Under the pieces are notes generated by a model, which was not told the origin of the DNA, did no database searches, and saw nothing but the letters and a program-made list of their open reading frames with translations. 64,000 nucleotides of DNA from the NCBI GenBank assembly GCA_030693205.1, contig JAUYBG010000019.1, forward strand, positions 14,496-78,495, in the 5' to 3' direction. The position numbers and the translations under genes were made by a program. Shown here piece by piece: positions 29,074 to 37,704 of this stretch (position 1 is its first letter; the number at the start of each line of letters is the position of its first letter). The DNA comes from a bacterium. Lineage in GTDB: Bacteria > Patescibacteriota > Minisyncoccia > JAHIHE01.

Positions 29074-29095
29074 AATGTGGATAACTTAATGTGGA
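29074..29095 (+). promoter_or_regulatory. direct-repeat candidate operator (AATGTGGA-N6-AATGTGGA) upstream of the LexA-MTase gene
   Basis: Two exact 8-mers at 29074-29081 and 29088-29095; a TAGTATAAT -10-like element lies downstream, 40-50 nt before the ATG. Confidence 0.3.
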
Positions 29096-29157
29096 CTTTC
29101 TACTTTTGTTCTAGTATAATATTAGTATAAATTAGAAAATAAATTTTTAGTAATATT

Positions 29158-30579
29158 ATGCTCACGAAAAAACAAAAAAATGTTCTTGATTATATTCAGG
29201 AATATTTTCAAAAAAATGGTTTTAGCCCTTCGTATAATGAAATAAGAAAACGGTTTAAGCTTTCTTCCGTTTCCACGGTGAATCATTATATAAAAATTCT
29301 TCAAAAAAAGGGATATATTAAACAAGAGAAAAATACCGCTCGCGCCGTAGAAGTTAATTCACATGAAAGTTTAGTTAGTATTCCGTTAAAGGGATACATC
29401 GCCGCCGGCCAGCCTATTGAAGCGGTTGAAGAATATGAAACAATAGCTGTGCCTAAAAATTTACTTTCTTCGTCTGGCAAGCATTTCGCTTTAAGTGTTA
29501 AAGGGGATAGCATGATTGACGAGGGTATTTTTGATGGCGACACTGTGATTATTAGAAAACAAAATACAGTTGAGAATGGAGAAACAGCAGTTGCATTGAT
29601 AAATGGCAATGAGGTTACTCTCAAAAAAATTTATAAAGAAAAAAACAGAGTTAGATTGCAACCTGCTAACCCTAAGCTAAATCCCTTTTTTGTAAAGAAC
29701 GTACTTATTCAGGGTAAGGTGATTAGTACTATTAGAACTATTGAGGAACGGGTGAAAAAGGAAAAAAAAGAGGAACCTGTTTATTACGAAAAACCAGGGT
29801 TTAAGCTTTATCAAGCAAATTGTTTGAATATTCTCGTTGCGCTTCCTGAAAATTCAGTTGATATGGTTTTCGCTGATCCGCCTTATCTTCTTTCTAACGG
29901 TGGTTTCACTGTTCACGCCGGGCGGCGCGTTAGTGTAAATAAAGGCGAATGGGATAAAAGTAATGGACTGAAGAAAGATTTTGAATTTCACCTCGAATGG
30001 ATACAAGCTGTCAGACGTGTATTAAAGCCGCAAGGCACGCTTTGGATTAGTGGAACTTATCACTCGATTTATCAATGCGGATTTGCGCTTCAAGTCGCGG
30101 GATTCCATGTTCTTAATGATATTGCGTGGTTTAAACCGAATGCATCGCCGAATCTTAGTTGCCGTTTTTTTACTGCTAGTCACGAAACACTTATTTGGGC
30201 TAGAAAAGATAAAAAAGCAAAGCATATTTTTAATTATGATTTAATGAAAAATGGTACTTGGCCGGAAGATGCGCTAAAGAAGCCGGGACTTCAAATGCGT
30301 TCAGTTTGGTCCATGGGAACGCCTAAACCAATCGAAAAGAAGTTTGGTAAGCATCCAACGCAAAAACCCGAAGATTTATTAAAAAGAATTGTGCTAGCAA
30401 GCACAAACAAAGGCGATCTTATTCTCGATCCTTTTACTGGAAGTTCAACAACGGGGATTGCGGCATATTTGTTCGGCAGAAAATTTATTGGTATAGATCT
30501 TGATAAAAAGTTTTTAGATGTATCAATAAAACGATTCGAGGAGTTAGATAAAAATTTGAAAAATAAAAAGCCAAAATGA
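29158..30579 (+). CDS. fusion protein: complete LexA-type repressor (wHTH, Ala-Gly autocleavage site, S24 Ser/Lys peptidase) fused to a beta-class N6-adenine/N4-cytosine DNA methyltransferase
   Basis: Residues 1-195 align with LexA: DNA-binding helix region, cleavage site GYIAAGQPIEA (cf. VAAGEPLLA), catalytic Ser in VKGDSMIDEGIFDGDTV and Lys in EVTLKKIYKE. After a K/E-rich linker come MTase motif IV (FADPPYLL) and motif I (ILDPFTGSSTTGIAA) in the beta-class order IV then I. Confidence 0.75.
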   Translation: MLTKKQKNVLDYIQEYFQKNGFSPSYNEIRKRFKLSSVSTVNHYIKILQKKGYIKQEKNTARAVEVNSHESLVSIPLKGYIAAGQPIEAVEEYETIAVPKNLLSSSGKHFALSVKGDSMIDEGIFDGDTVIIRKQNTVENGETAVALINGNEVTLKKIYKEKNRVRLQPANPKLNPFFVKNVLIQGKVISTIRTIEERVKKEKKEEPVYYEKPGFKLYQANCLNILVALPENSVDMVFADPPYLLSNGGFTVHAGRRVSVNKGEWDKSNGLKKDFEFHLEWIQAVRRVLKPQGTLWISGTYHSIYQCGFALQVAGFHVLNDIAWFKPNASPNLSCRFFTASHETLIWARKDKKAKHIFNYDLMKNGTWPEDALKKPGLQMRSVWSMGTPKPIEKKFGKHPTQKPEDLLKRIVLASTNKGDLILDPFTGSSTTGIAAYLFGRKFIGIDLDKKFLDVSIKRFEELDKNLKNKKPK

Positions 30580-30965
30580 AAAATACACATTCTATAAAAA
30601 TACCAGGTTATGTATCAGGATGGACTTATAAATACTTTCATCAGTCTGCCTATGAACCTCCTTGGAATTTTCCAAATAAAAAAGTTATTACATTTTTATT
30701 CCAATTTAAAAGAAAGGAAAAAATAAAACTTTTTAGAGGAATAAATAAGTACAATAAAGATACATCGTATATTGTGAGTTGGACATATGATAAAGAAATT
30801 GCATTAAACTACATAGAGGATGGTGGTAAAATTATTGAAAAGAATTTTTATTCAAATGATATTTTATTAGATACTACTGTACTGAATAACGAACAAAAGA
30901 TATTGTTGGGTTATGATTATAAAATTGACGATAAAGAAGTTTTAATAATAGAAAATAATAATTAA
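30576..30965 (+). CDS. hypothetical protein (129 aa) translationally coupled to the LexA-MTase gene
   Basis: ATG overlaps the MTase TGA stop (ATGA); Lys/Tyr-rich, no recognisable domain. Confidence 0.45.
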   Translation: MKNTHSIKIPGYVSGWTYKYFHQSAYEPPWNFPNKKVITFLFQFKRKEKIKLFRGINKYNKDTSYIVSWTYDKEIALNYIEDGGKIIEKNFYSNDILLDTTVLNNEQKILLGYDYKIDDKEVLIIENNN

Positions 30966-30974
30966 ATTAAAAAT

Positions 30975-31745
30975 ATGGCAAACGGTAGATCTTGGAAAAA
31001 AATATTTGATGATTATAAAATTCTAGATCATGATTTTAATGAATCGCCATTTTCACTTTCAGCAATGCAAATTAAAAAAGCTTGCCAAAGATTTAAGGAA
31101 ACTAGTGAAAAAGAGATTCGTATTTTATGCAAGCAAGATAGTAGAGAAGACAGACCAGACATTTTTCAGAAACATAATCTTTTTTTGCTTCCCGTAAAAA
31201 ATGGTTACTATAATATTATTAGGGGTGAGGGATATATTGATATTCCGGATATTAAAAAAGAAGTATCGATTTATCCTTCAAAACTCGACTTTATACCTGA
31301 CACAACAAAGGTTGGTAATTCAGAAATGCAGCACCTTGATTATGCTTACGCCGCTAGTTTAATACGAACATTTACAAACGATCCGTCGCTGGTATTAACT
31401 ATAAGGGGTAGAAAATATACTCCAGATTTTGATTTTTTTGTCGGAAAACAACAGATTAAAGTATCAAGCGTGCAAACAGAAGTTGACGCTGGTTATGAGG
31501 GAAAAAATCAAGTCGTGTTGATTGAGGCAAAAAATTTTAGTGCGATAAATGTTATTATTCGCCAACTTTATTATCCGTTTAGGCAATGGCAGGAAAAAAC
31601 AAAGAAAAAAGTTATTACACTTTTCTTCGATAAAAATCACAACGAAGATGTTTATTCTATATGGCAGTTTGAGTTTGAAGATCCAAAAAATTACAATAGT
31701 ATCAGGTTAGTAAAATCTGGTAAGTTTAGAATTAAGGATAAATAA
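30975..31745 (+). CDS. putative PD-(D/E)xK nuclease (candidate Type II restriction endonuclease partner of the MTase)
   Basis: PD...ExK-type signature (TPDFDFF ... EVDAGYEGKNQVVLIEAKN); sits directly downstream of the methyltransferase. Confidence 0.45.
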   Translation: MANGRSWKKIFDDYKILDHDFNESPFSLSAMQIKKACQRFKETSEKEIRILCKQDSREDRPDIFQKHNLFLLPVKNGYYNIIRGEGYIDIPDIKKEVSIYPSKLDFIPDTTKVGNSEMQHLDYAYAASLIRTFTNDPSLVLTIRGRKYTPDFDFFVGKQQIKVSSVQTEVDAGYEGKNQVVLIEAKNFSAINVIIRQLYYPFRQWQEKTKKKVITLFFDKNHNEDVYSIWQFEFEDPKNYNSIRLVKSGKFRIKDK

Positions 31746-31846
31746 AGCTTAGAGTAGACTATTGCGGAAAAAGGTTTTAGTAAGATTAAAAAAAGAAGAT
31801 TGGAAGATCATGTTTTTTAAAATTGTTAAAATTAATTAAATAATTT

Positions 31847-33511
31847 ATGGCAACATTACAGGATTTTTCACTTTTAAACACCTACATTGAGAAGTATAAA
31901 AAAGATTATAAATTACAAAATCTAGCTACGGCCTTTCCTTTATTTGCCTTGGATGCAATTTTAAGCTTGCAAGAAGATGAAATGAAAGATTCTATAACCG
32001 ATGGTGGAAATGATGGTGGAATTGATGCAGTCTATATAGATGAACATTTATCTCCTGCAAAAATTTATTTCTTTCAGTTTAAATATAAAACAAAGTATGG
32101 AGGTATTAACTGTAATTTTCCAGCAGTCGAGATAGATAAAATTTTCAATACAATTAAAGATATTTTACATAAAGAAAAAAATTTAGAGAAATACGTTAAC
32201 CCTATATTATATCAAAAAATTAAGCACATATGGAATATATTTGAAAATGAAAATCCCAAATTCGTGATTTGCTTGTGTTCAAACTTAGAGAATAATTTAA
32301 TAAAAGCACAACAAGATCGTTTTGAACAACAAATTAATTCTTATCAAAATTTCCAAATAGAATATTATAATATAAATAATTTTGTTGCCCTAATTCTTAA
32401 TAAAGGGAAAAAGCAGATAGATGGAAAAATAAAAGCAATAGATACAAATTATTTTTCTAGGATTGATGGAACCGTAAGAGCGTTAATAGCAAATGTTGAT
32501 GCTGATGAATTATTAAGTTTGGTTAAGGACGAAACAAGTGGTAAAATAAAGGAGGATATTTTAAACGATAATGTAAGAATTTATTTACAGGCAAGGACTA
32601 GAATAAATAGAAGTATAAAAGATACCGCTTTAGATAAAGCAAATAATTATAAATTCTTTTATTTTAATAATGGTATTACTCTGACCTGCGATAGTTTTAC
32701 ATATACGCCTTCCCAGAGAGCACCTTTGATAGAACTAACAAATATTCAAATAGTTAATGGAGGACAGACAATTCATTCTTTGTATGATGCATACAAAGAG
32801 GATAAAGAAGCAATGAAAAGCATTACTCTTTTATTAAGAATTTATGAAACAAAAAATTTAGAACTATCACAACAAATAGCAGAGTACACAAATAGTCAAA
32901 ATCCAGTTAAGAGTAGAGATATAAGATCGAACGATTATATGCAGAAAAAATTAGAAAGCGAACTTTTGCAAAAAGGTTATTTTTATGAAAGAAAGAAAAA
33001 TTATTATAAAGATAAATCCAAAAATAAACGTTTGGATTCTGAAAAAATAGGACAGGTTTTAATGGCATTTTATAGTGAAATGCCAGCAGAAGCCAAAAAT
33101 AAAAAACAATTAATATTTAGCGATAAATACGAAGAAGTGTTTACTGATGATTTAACTGCAGAAAAGATTCTCTTACCTTTTCTGCTTTTTGATAAAATCG
33201 AAGGCGAGAAAAATAAAAAAAGGGTTAAAATATCCAAAATGAAAAGTGAACAAAAAATAGAAAAAGAGTCTTATGTTTTATATGGCTCTTATTATATTCT
33301 ATATTTTTTGAAAAAAATATCAGAAAAAAATGGATTATCCATTGATTACAAAAATAGAAATAAAATTTTTAACAATTATTTTATTGTTGTTAAAAAAATT
33401 AAAGAATTCATCGAGGAAGAAAAAAAAGAAAATGCGAAATATTTTCATGGCGATTTCTTTAAGGGTAATAAGCTTAAAGAAATGATCGAAAATTATATTT
33501 CTAATTATTAA
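31847..33511 (+). CDS. AIPR-like abortive-infection family protein (N-terminal restriction-endonuclease-fold motif), putative
   Basis: 554 aa; N-terminal ITDGGNDGGIDAVYID...FQFKYK matches the D...(E/Q)xK core seen in AIPR/Mrr-like N-termini; long K/E-rich helical C-terminus. Confidence 0.4.
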   Translation: MATLQDFSLLNTYIEKYKKDYKLQNLATAFPLFALDAILSLQEDEMKDSITDGGNDGGIDAVYIDEHLSPAKIYFFQFKYKTKYGGINCNFPAVEIDKIFNTIKDILHKEKNLEKYVNPILYQKIKHIWNIFENENPKFVICLCSNLENNLIKAQQDRFEQQINSYQNFQIEYYNINNFVALILNKGKKQIDGKIKAIDTNYFSRIDGTVRALIANVDADELLSLVKDETSGKIKEDILNDNVRIYLQARTRINRSIKDTALDKANNYKFFYFNNGITLTCDSFTYTPSQRAPLIELTNIQIVNGGQTIHSLYDAYKEDKEAMKSITLLLRIYETKNLELSQQIAEYTNSQNPVKSRDIRSNDYMQKKLESELLQKGYFYERKKNYYKDKSKNKRLDSEKIGQVLMAFYSEMPAEAKNKKQLIFSDKYEEVFTDDLTAEKILLPFLLFDKIEGEKNKKRVKISKMKSEQKIEKESYVLYGSYYILYFLKKISEKNGLSIDYKNRNKIFNNYFIVVKKIKEFIEEEKKENAKYFHGDFFKGNKLKEMIENYISNY

Positions 33512-33608
33512 AAGGCAAAGGCGTCAAGTACTTTATTTAATATCAAGTAGAAACAGCACACGAAATCTTGTTGTGAAAATTTAATAATAATTAATTTTTA
33601 TTATAGAC

Positions 33609-34325
33609 ATGCAATTTCTTAAAAAGCAGGCTGAAAAATTTGACAAAAAGGCGGAAAAAATATTGATACTTATTGTTCTCGTTTCTTTTTTAGTTGGTTA
33701 TTTTATTGGAAAAAATAATTCTTTAGATAGTTTGTATGGTTTCTTTATAGCTGGAATTTTCTTGGGAATAGTATCTATGCTTTTAGTTTTACAAAGAGAT
33801 AAATTTGTAAAAAAATCTAGGGATTATAGTAAAGGTTTTCAGGGAGAAAAATATTTTAAGGAATTTTTAGATCAGAACAAGAGTTTTTGTGGTTTTGAAT
33901 ACATTGATGATATAAAATTAGAGTATGGCAATGCCGATTTTTTAATTGTGAACGATAATGGAGTTTTTTGTATTGAAGTAAAAAATACTACAGGGAAAAT
34001 AACTTATGATGTTAAAAAAGATAGTTTGCTTTGTAACTTTAAACTTTTTGACAAGGATTATTTAAAGCAGGTTAAACGAAATTCTGTATTTATTCGTAAT
34101 ATTATCAAGGAAAAAATTAATGAATTTCAATATGTTCATCCGGTTTTAGTATTCTCAGGTCTTGGATCTAATTTGGAAACAGGTGAAAAAATAGGAGATG
34201 TTTATGTCTTGAGACCAGAAGAATTATTGATATTATTAAAGCAAAACATAAATCAAAAACTGAATAAAGAATTACAAGGTAAAATTATAAAATTGATGCG
34301 GGAATATAAAGAGTCGAAAAGATAA
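33609..34325 (+). CDS. NERD (nuclease-related domain) protein with N-terminal transmembrane helices
   Basis: Two TM helices, then GNADFLIVNDNGVFCIEVKN (D...D...ExK), the NERD/PD-(D/E)xK signature. Confidence 0.5.
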   Translation: MQFLKKQAEKFDKKAEKILILIVLVSFLVGYFIGKNNSLDSLYGFFIAGIFLGIVSMLLVLQRDKFVKKSRDYSKGFQGEKYFKEFLDQNKSFCGFEYIDDIKLEYGNADFLIVNDNGVFCIEVKNTTGKITYDVKKDSLLCNFKLFDKDYLKQVKRNSVFIRNIIKEKINEFQYVHPVLVFSGLGSNLETGEKIGDVYVLRPEELLILLKQNINQKLNKELQGKIIKLMREYKESKR

Positions 34326-34394
34326 TTATCACACGCATCTTTAGTTCGCGTGAATGGTGGAAAATATATAATAAAAATTAGGATCAATTTTAAT

Positions 34395-34454
34395 TTATCG
34401 TTAAAAAATTCATATGGCGCGGATATTTAGTTTTGCTTTGGGAAATATTTGGCG
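34395..34454 (+). repeat. 60-bp perfect direct repeat, copy 1
   Basis: TTATCGTTAAAAAATTCATATGGCGCGGATATTTAGTTTTGCTTTGGGAAATATTTGGCG is identical to 35562-35621. Confidence 0.8.
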
Positions 34455-34645
34455 ATGGCACTCCTTCGCTTACCTCCTACGCTCCTCTTTCGCCAAAGGC
34501 TTCAGAAGGACGCAGTAAAGCTACGGAAGGTCAAGAAAGCTTCGGAAGCGCACAGCGAAAATTTATCCCTCACCAAATAATTAATTCAAGATTTTTTTAA
34601 TTATTTAAACTGAGTTAATATTTTTATCCATCGACTGACTTATAT

Positions 34646-34655
34646 TGCTATAGCA
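34646..34655. promoter_or_regulatory. palindromic operator-like site TGCTATAGCA (copy 1), embedded in a longer ACTGA...TCAGT palindrome
   Basis: Perfect 10-bp palindrome, one of three related copies around the PaaX-like regulator gene. Confidence 0.35.
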
Positions 34656-34730
34656 TAATTTTTCAGTTGGTATCTTTCCATCGCGGCCGGGTTTTTTTAA
34701 AAAATCATTATTATTACTACTGATTTTTCT

Positions 34731-34740
34731 TGCTATAGCA
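34731..34740. promoter_or_regulatory. palindromic operator-like site TGCTATAGCA (copy 2), upstream of the PaaX-like gene
   Basis: Perfect palindrome followed by TAAAAATTCAGTTATAATAT, which contains a TATAAT -10-like element. Confidence 0.35.
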
Positions 34741-34843
34741 TAAAAATTCAGTTATAATATAAAAAAGATGTCGTAAGGAAAAGACATAGCGATACGGTGG
34801 TATAATTTTCACAAAAACAGAATTAAGCAAAGAATTAAATAAA

Positions 34844-35413
34844 ATGAAAGAAAAAGCTATAAAAGCTTCCAAGATAATTTTAAAAGGCATATTATTAGGC
34901 GGCGCGGTTGCGATAGCTGCCACTTCGCCGAATTTTGTTCAAAAAATATTGCCCAAGATACTGAAACGGGCTTCCTTTGAGTGGAAAAAATACAAGAATA
35001 AGAAAAAGTTTTTAAATTCTTTTAACTATCTTAAAAGTTCCGGCCTGATCAATATGGAATACAAAGGTAATCAGTTATATGTGTCTCTGACCGAGGAAGG
35101 AAAAAAGAAGGTTAAAAAATACTGGATTGACGATCTCAAGATAACAAAACCGGAAAAATGGGATGGCAAGTGGAGAATTATGATCTTTGACGTAAAAGAT
35201 AAGCAAAAAATAAAAAGAGAAGCGCTGAGAGGCAAGATAAAGGAGCTTGGATTGTATCAGCTTCAAAAAAGCGTTTGGGTTTGTCCGTATAATTTTGAGA
35301 AAGAAGCGGGGATTTTAAGAGATTTTTTTGGGTTTAATTTTGAAGAAATGAAATTAATTATAGCTTCGGAAATAGAAGGGGATGGAGCAATCCGTCAACA
35401 TTTCAAGCTTTAA
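34844..35413 (+). CDS. PaaX-like protein (wHTH plus Cas2-like fold C-terminal domain) with N-terminal hydrophobic segment
   Basis: KWDGKWRIMIFDVKDKQKIKREALRGKIKELGLYQLQKSVWVCPY matches the PaaX/Cas2-like beta-alpha-beta pattern (hhhYDV...R..L...G.RLQ.SVW). Confidence 0.45.
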   Translation: MKEKAIKASKIILKGILLGGAVAIAATSPNFVQKILPKILKRASFEWKKYKNKKKFLNSFNYLKSSGLINMEYKGNQLYVSLTEEGKKKVKKYWIDDLKITKPEKWDGKWRIMIFDVKDKQKIKREALRGKIKELGLYQLQKSVWVCPYNFEKEAGILRDFFGFNFEEMKLIIASEIEGDGAIRQHFKL

Positions 35414-35433
35414 TAACCATAACTGAATTTTCT

Positions 35434-35443
35434 TGCCATAGCA
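35434..35443. promoter_or_regulatory. palindromic operator-like site TGCCATAGCA (copy 3, one mismatch) inside a roughly 36-bp palindrome
   Basis: AACTGAATTTTCTTGCCATAGCATAAATTTTCAGTT is near-perfectly palindromic; located just downstream of the PaaX-like gene. Confidence 0.35.
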
Positions 35444-35561
35444 TAAATTTTCAGTTAGCGCATTGTATTTTTATATAAGTCAAGATAATTCAAGCGTTTG
35501 CTTGTTTGCCGACAGACACAAAATTCGGCGGTGATTTTTTGCCAAAAGTTTCTAATTTAAC

Positions 35562-35621
35562 TTATCGTTAAAAAATTCATATGGCGCGGATATTTAGTTT
35601 TGCTTTGGGAAATATTTGGCG
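35562..35621 (+). repeat. 60-bp perfect direct repeat, copy 2
   Basis: Identical to 34395-34454; lies 34 nt upstream of ORF 35655. Confidence 0.8.
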
Positions 35622-35654
35622 GTGGAAATTTAGCAATGATTAATTTTAAAAAAC

Positions 35655-35960
35655 ATGGAGACAAATGAAAGTGAAAAATTTTTTACAAACGAAGAATACC
35701 ATAAGAATAATTATTTGGAGATGACTAGAAAAACAGAAGAACAAATGGCCGTAATTGAAGAAAAATACAAAAAGGGAAATGTTTTTATATGGGAAGGTTT
35801 TTTCAATGAAATAAAAGATATGGAACAAGCGGAAGTAAGTGCGTATATCAAAGAAGAACTTCAATATATGGAGCCAATAGATCGTTTAACCGTTAAAAGT
35901 TGCGTTGGAGTTCTTATGGCGAACGAAGCGGAAAAAAAGAAATATGGATTTACATATTAA
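35655..35960 (+). CDS. hypothetical protein (101 aa)
   Basis: Acidic, helical; no recognisable domain. Confidence 0.4.
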   Translation: METNESEKFFTNEEYHKNNYLEMTRKTEEQMAVIEEKYKKGNVFIWEGFFNEIKDMEQAEVSAYIKEELQYMEPIDRLTVKSCVGVLMANEAEKKKYGFTY

Positions 35961-36005
35961 AATATAAACGAGCGGTCGGTGTCTGCTTATTTAAATAGAT
36001 AAATT

Positions 36006-36656
36006 ATGAAAAAAACACAATCAATCATGTGGGGAATAATTTTGCTTTCTTTTGTCGTGGGAATCGCGCTTTATCAGGCGATGCCGGAAAAAATGGCTAC
36101 GCACTGGAACGCGGCCGGCGAAGTCAATGGCTATATGCCGAAAATTTTTGGTTTATTTTTCGTGCCTTATCTTTTGCTTTTTTTGCTCGGACTTTTTCTT
36201 TTGATCCCAAAAATAGATCCTTTGAAATCCAATATTGAGAAATTCCGGAAATATTACGACGGGTTTGTTGTTTTTTTGCTGGTATTTTTGTTTTATGTTC
36301 ACGCCTTAACTCTCGCATGGAATTTGGGAATTAGATTTAATATGACTACGGCGCTTTTGCCGGCTATGGGCTTGCTGTTTTATTATCTTGGAGTTATGAT
36401 GGAGAAGGCCAAGAGGAACTGGTTTATCGGCATCAGGACGCCCTGGACGCTGTCGAGCGACAGGGTATGGGATAAAACGCATAAGCTCGGAGCGAAACTT
36501 TATAAAGCGGCGGGAGTAGTGGCATTGTTTGCGATTTTATTTGGAAAATACGCGATATTCTTATTGATCATTCCGATAATTTTTTCCAGTGTTTACTTGT
36601 TTCTGTATTCGTATTGGGAATACAGGAAAGAAGCGGGAAATCATTTCGTTAAATAA
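36006..36656 (+). CDS. SdpI/YhfL-family membrane protein (DUF1648 plus SdpI domain)
   Basis: Polytopic; conserved NWFIGIRTPWTLSSDRVWDKTHK motif typical of the SdpI immunity-protein family. Confidence 0.6.
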   Translation: MKKTQSIMWGIILLSFVVGIALYQAMPEKMATHWNAAGEVNGYMPKIFGLFFVPYLLLFLLGLFLLIPKIDPLKSNIEKFRKYYDGFVVFLLVFLFYVHALTLAWNLGIRFNMTTALLPAMGLLFYYLGVMMEKAKRNWFIGIRTPWTLSSDRVWDKTHKLGAKLYKAAGVVALFAILFGKYAIFLLIIPIIFSSVYLFLYSYWEYRKEAGNHFVK

Positions 36657-36682
36657 TTTTAATTTTTTAAATAATTAAAAAT

Positions 36683-37075
36683 ATGAAAGGATTTAGAGCG
36701 AATATCGAAAAAGCCACCTTGGAAAACAATAATTTTCGCAAGGTGCTATATACCGGAAAGCACAGCCAGTTGGTGCTGATGTCTTTGAAACCGCAGGAAG
36801 AAATCGGCATGGAAGCGCATCCGGACAACGATCAGTTCTTTCGTTTTGAAAAAGGACAAGGCAAGGTGATCATTGATGGAAACGAATATGATGTTCGCGA
36901 CGGCACGGTGATCGTGGTGCCGGCCGGAGCAAATCATAATGTGATCAATATTTCCGGCGTGGAAGATCTGAAGCTTTATACTATTTATTCGCCGGCGCAC
37001 CACAAAGATGGAATTGTCCGCGCGACCAAAGCGGAAGCCGATGGTCCGGAATTTGACGGAAAAACGACTGAATAA
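36683..37075 (+). CDS. cupin-domain protein
   Basis: Cupin_2 two-motif pattern (G.E.HPDNDQFF ... GTVIVVPAGANHNVIN). Confidence 0.6.
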   Translation: MKGFRANIEKATLENNNFRKVLYTGKHSQLVLMSLKPQEEIGMEAHPDNDQFFRFEKGQGKVIIDGNEYDVRDGTVIVVPAGANHNVINISGVEDLKLYTIYSPAHHKDGIVRATKAEADGPEFDGKTTE

Positions 37076-37245
37076 AAAAAAACGAATGGATCACGAGCGC
37101 CGGCGTCGCGCCGGCGCTTTTAATTTTCCCGAATTTGTGCTATTATAGTAAAATGTTTTAATATTAACTATTTTCAAATATTTAACCCGTTAGAAATATG
37201 CAATTTATTTTTAGCGCGATTTAATATTTTAATAAAGCAATTAAC

Positions 37246-37641
37246 ATGGGAATTTCTAATGGGTTGCCAAGCATACAAGAAGCATTTAATCGCATCAGCC
37301 AGATAAAAAAAGAGCAGAAGAATGCCAAGGGCGCCTACAGAGACGCTTTGGAAAATTCGGATAATCACCGAAAAATTTCAGAGGAAATGAAATCTTTGAG
37401 GGAGAAAAAGAAACAAGCCGAAACGATTATCAAGAAAGAACTTGGCGATATGTATCAAAAGATCGAGGATTTGGATCTTGAGCTTAAAGGCCAAAAAGAA
37501 ATGATCGGCGACATCGCAATTTCGTCTTTGATGAAAGGGGATACAGTGGAAGTGAAGGATGAATATGGCAATTTTTACGAACCGGTTTGGTCGGTGAAAT
37601 TCAAGAAAAACGAAAGCAAGCATCCGGTAAGCGAGATTTAA
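37246..37641 (+). CDS. hypothetical coiled-coil protein (131 aa)
   Basis: K/E-rich heptad region; no recognisable domain. Confidence 0.4.
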   Translation: MGISNGLPSIQEAFNRISQIKKEQKNAKGAYRDALENSDNHRKISEEMKSLREKKKQAETIIKKELGDMYQKIEDLDLELKGQKEMIGDIAISSLMKGDTVEVKDEYGNFYEPVWSVKFKKNESKHPVSEI

Positions 37642-37704
37642 ACTTTTAAACAGCGAAAACAAAAAACAACCGTAAATTTCGGTTGTTTTTTTATTGTGTA
37701 AAAA

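Noticed and set aside
34395-34520. Short ORFs opening at the ATG inside each 60-bp repeat copy (MARIFSFALGNIWR...), about 20-45 aa
   Set aside because: The two copies diverge immediately after the repeat and end quickly, there is no convincing RBS, and the conserved part is explained by the DNA repeat itself rather than by protein coding.
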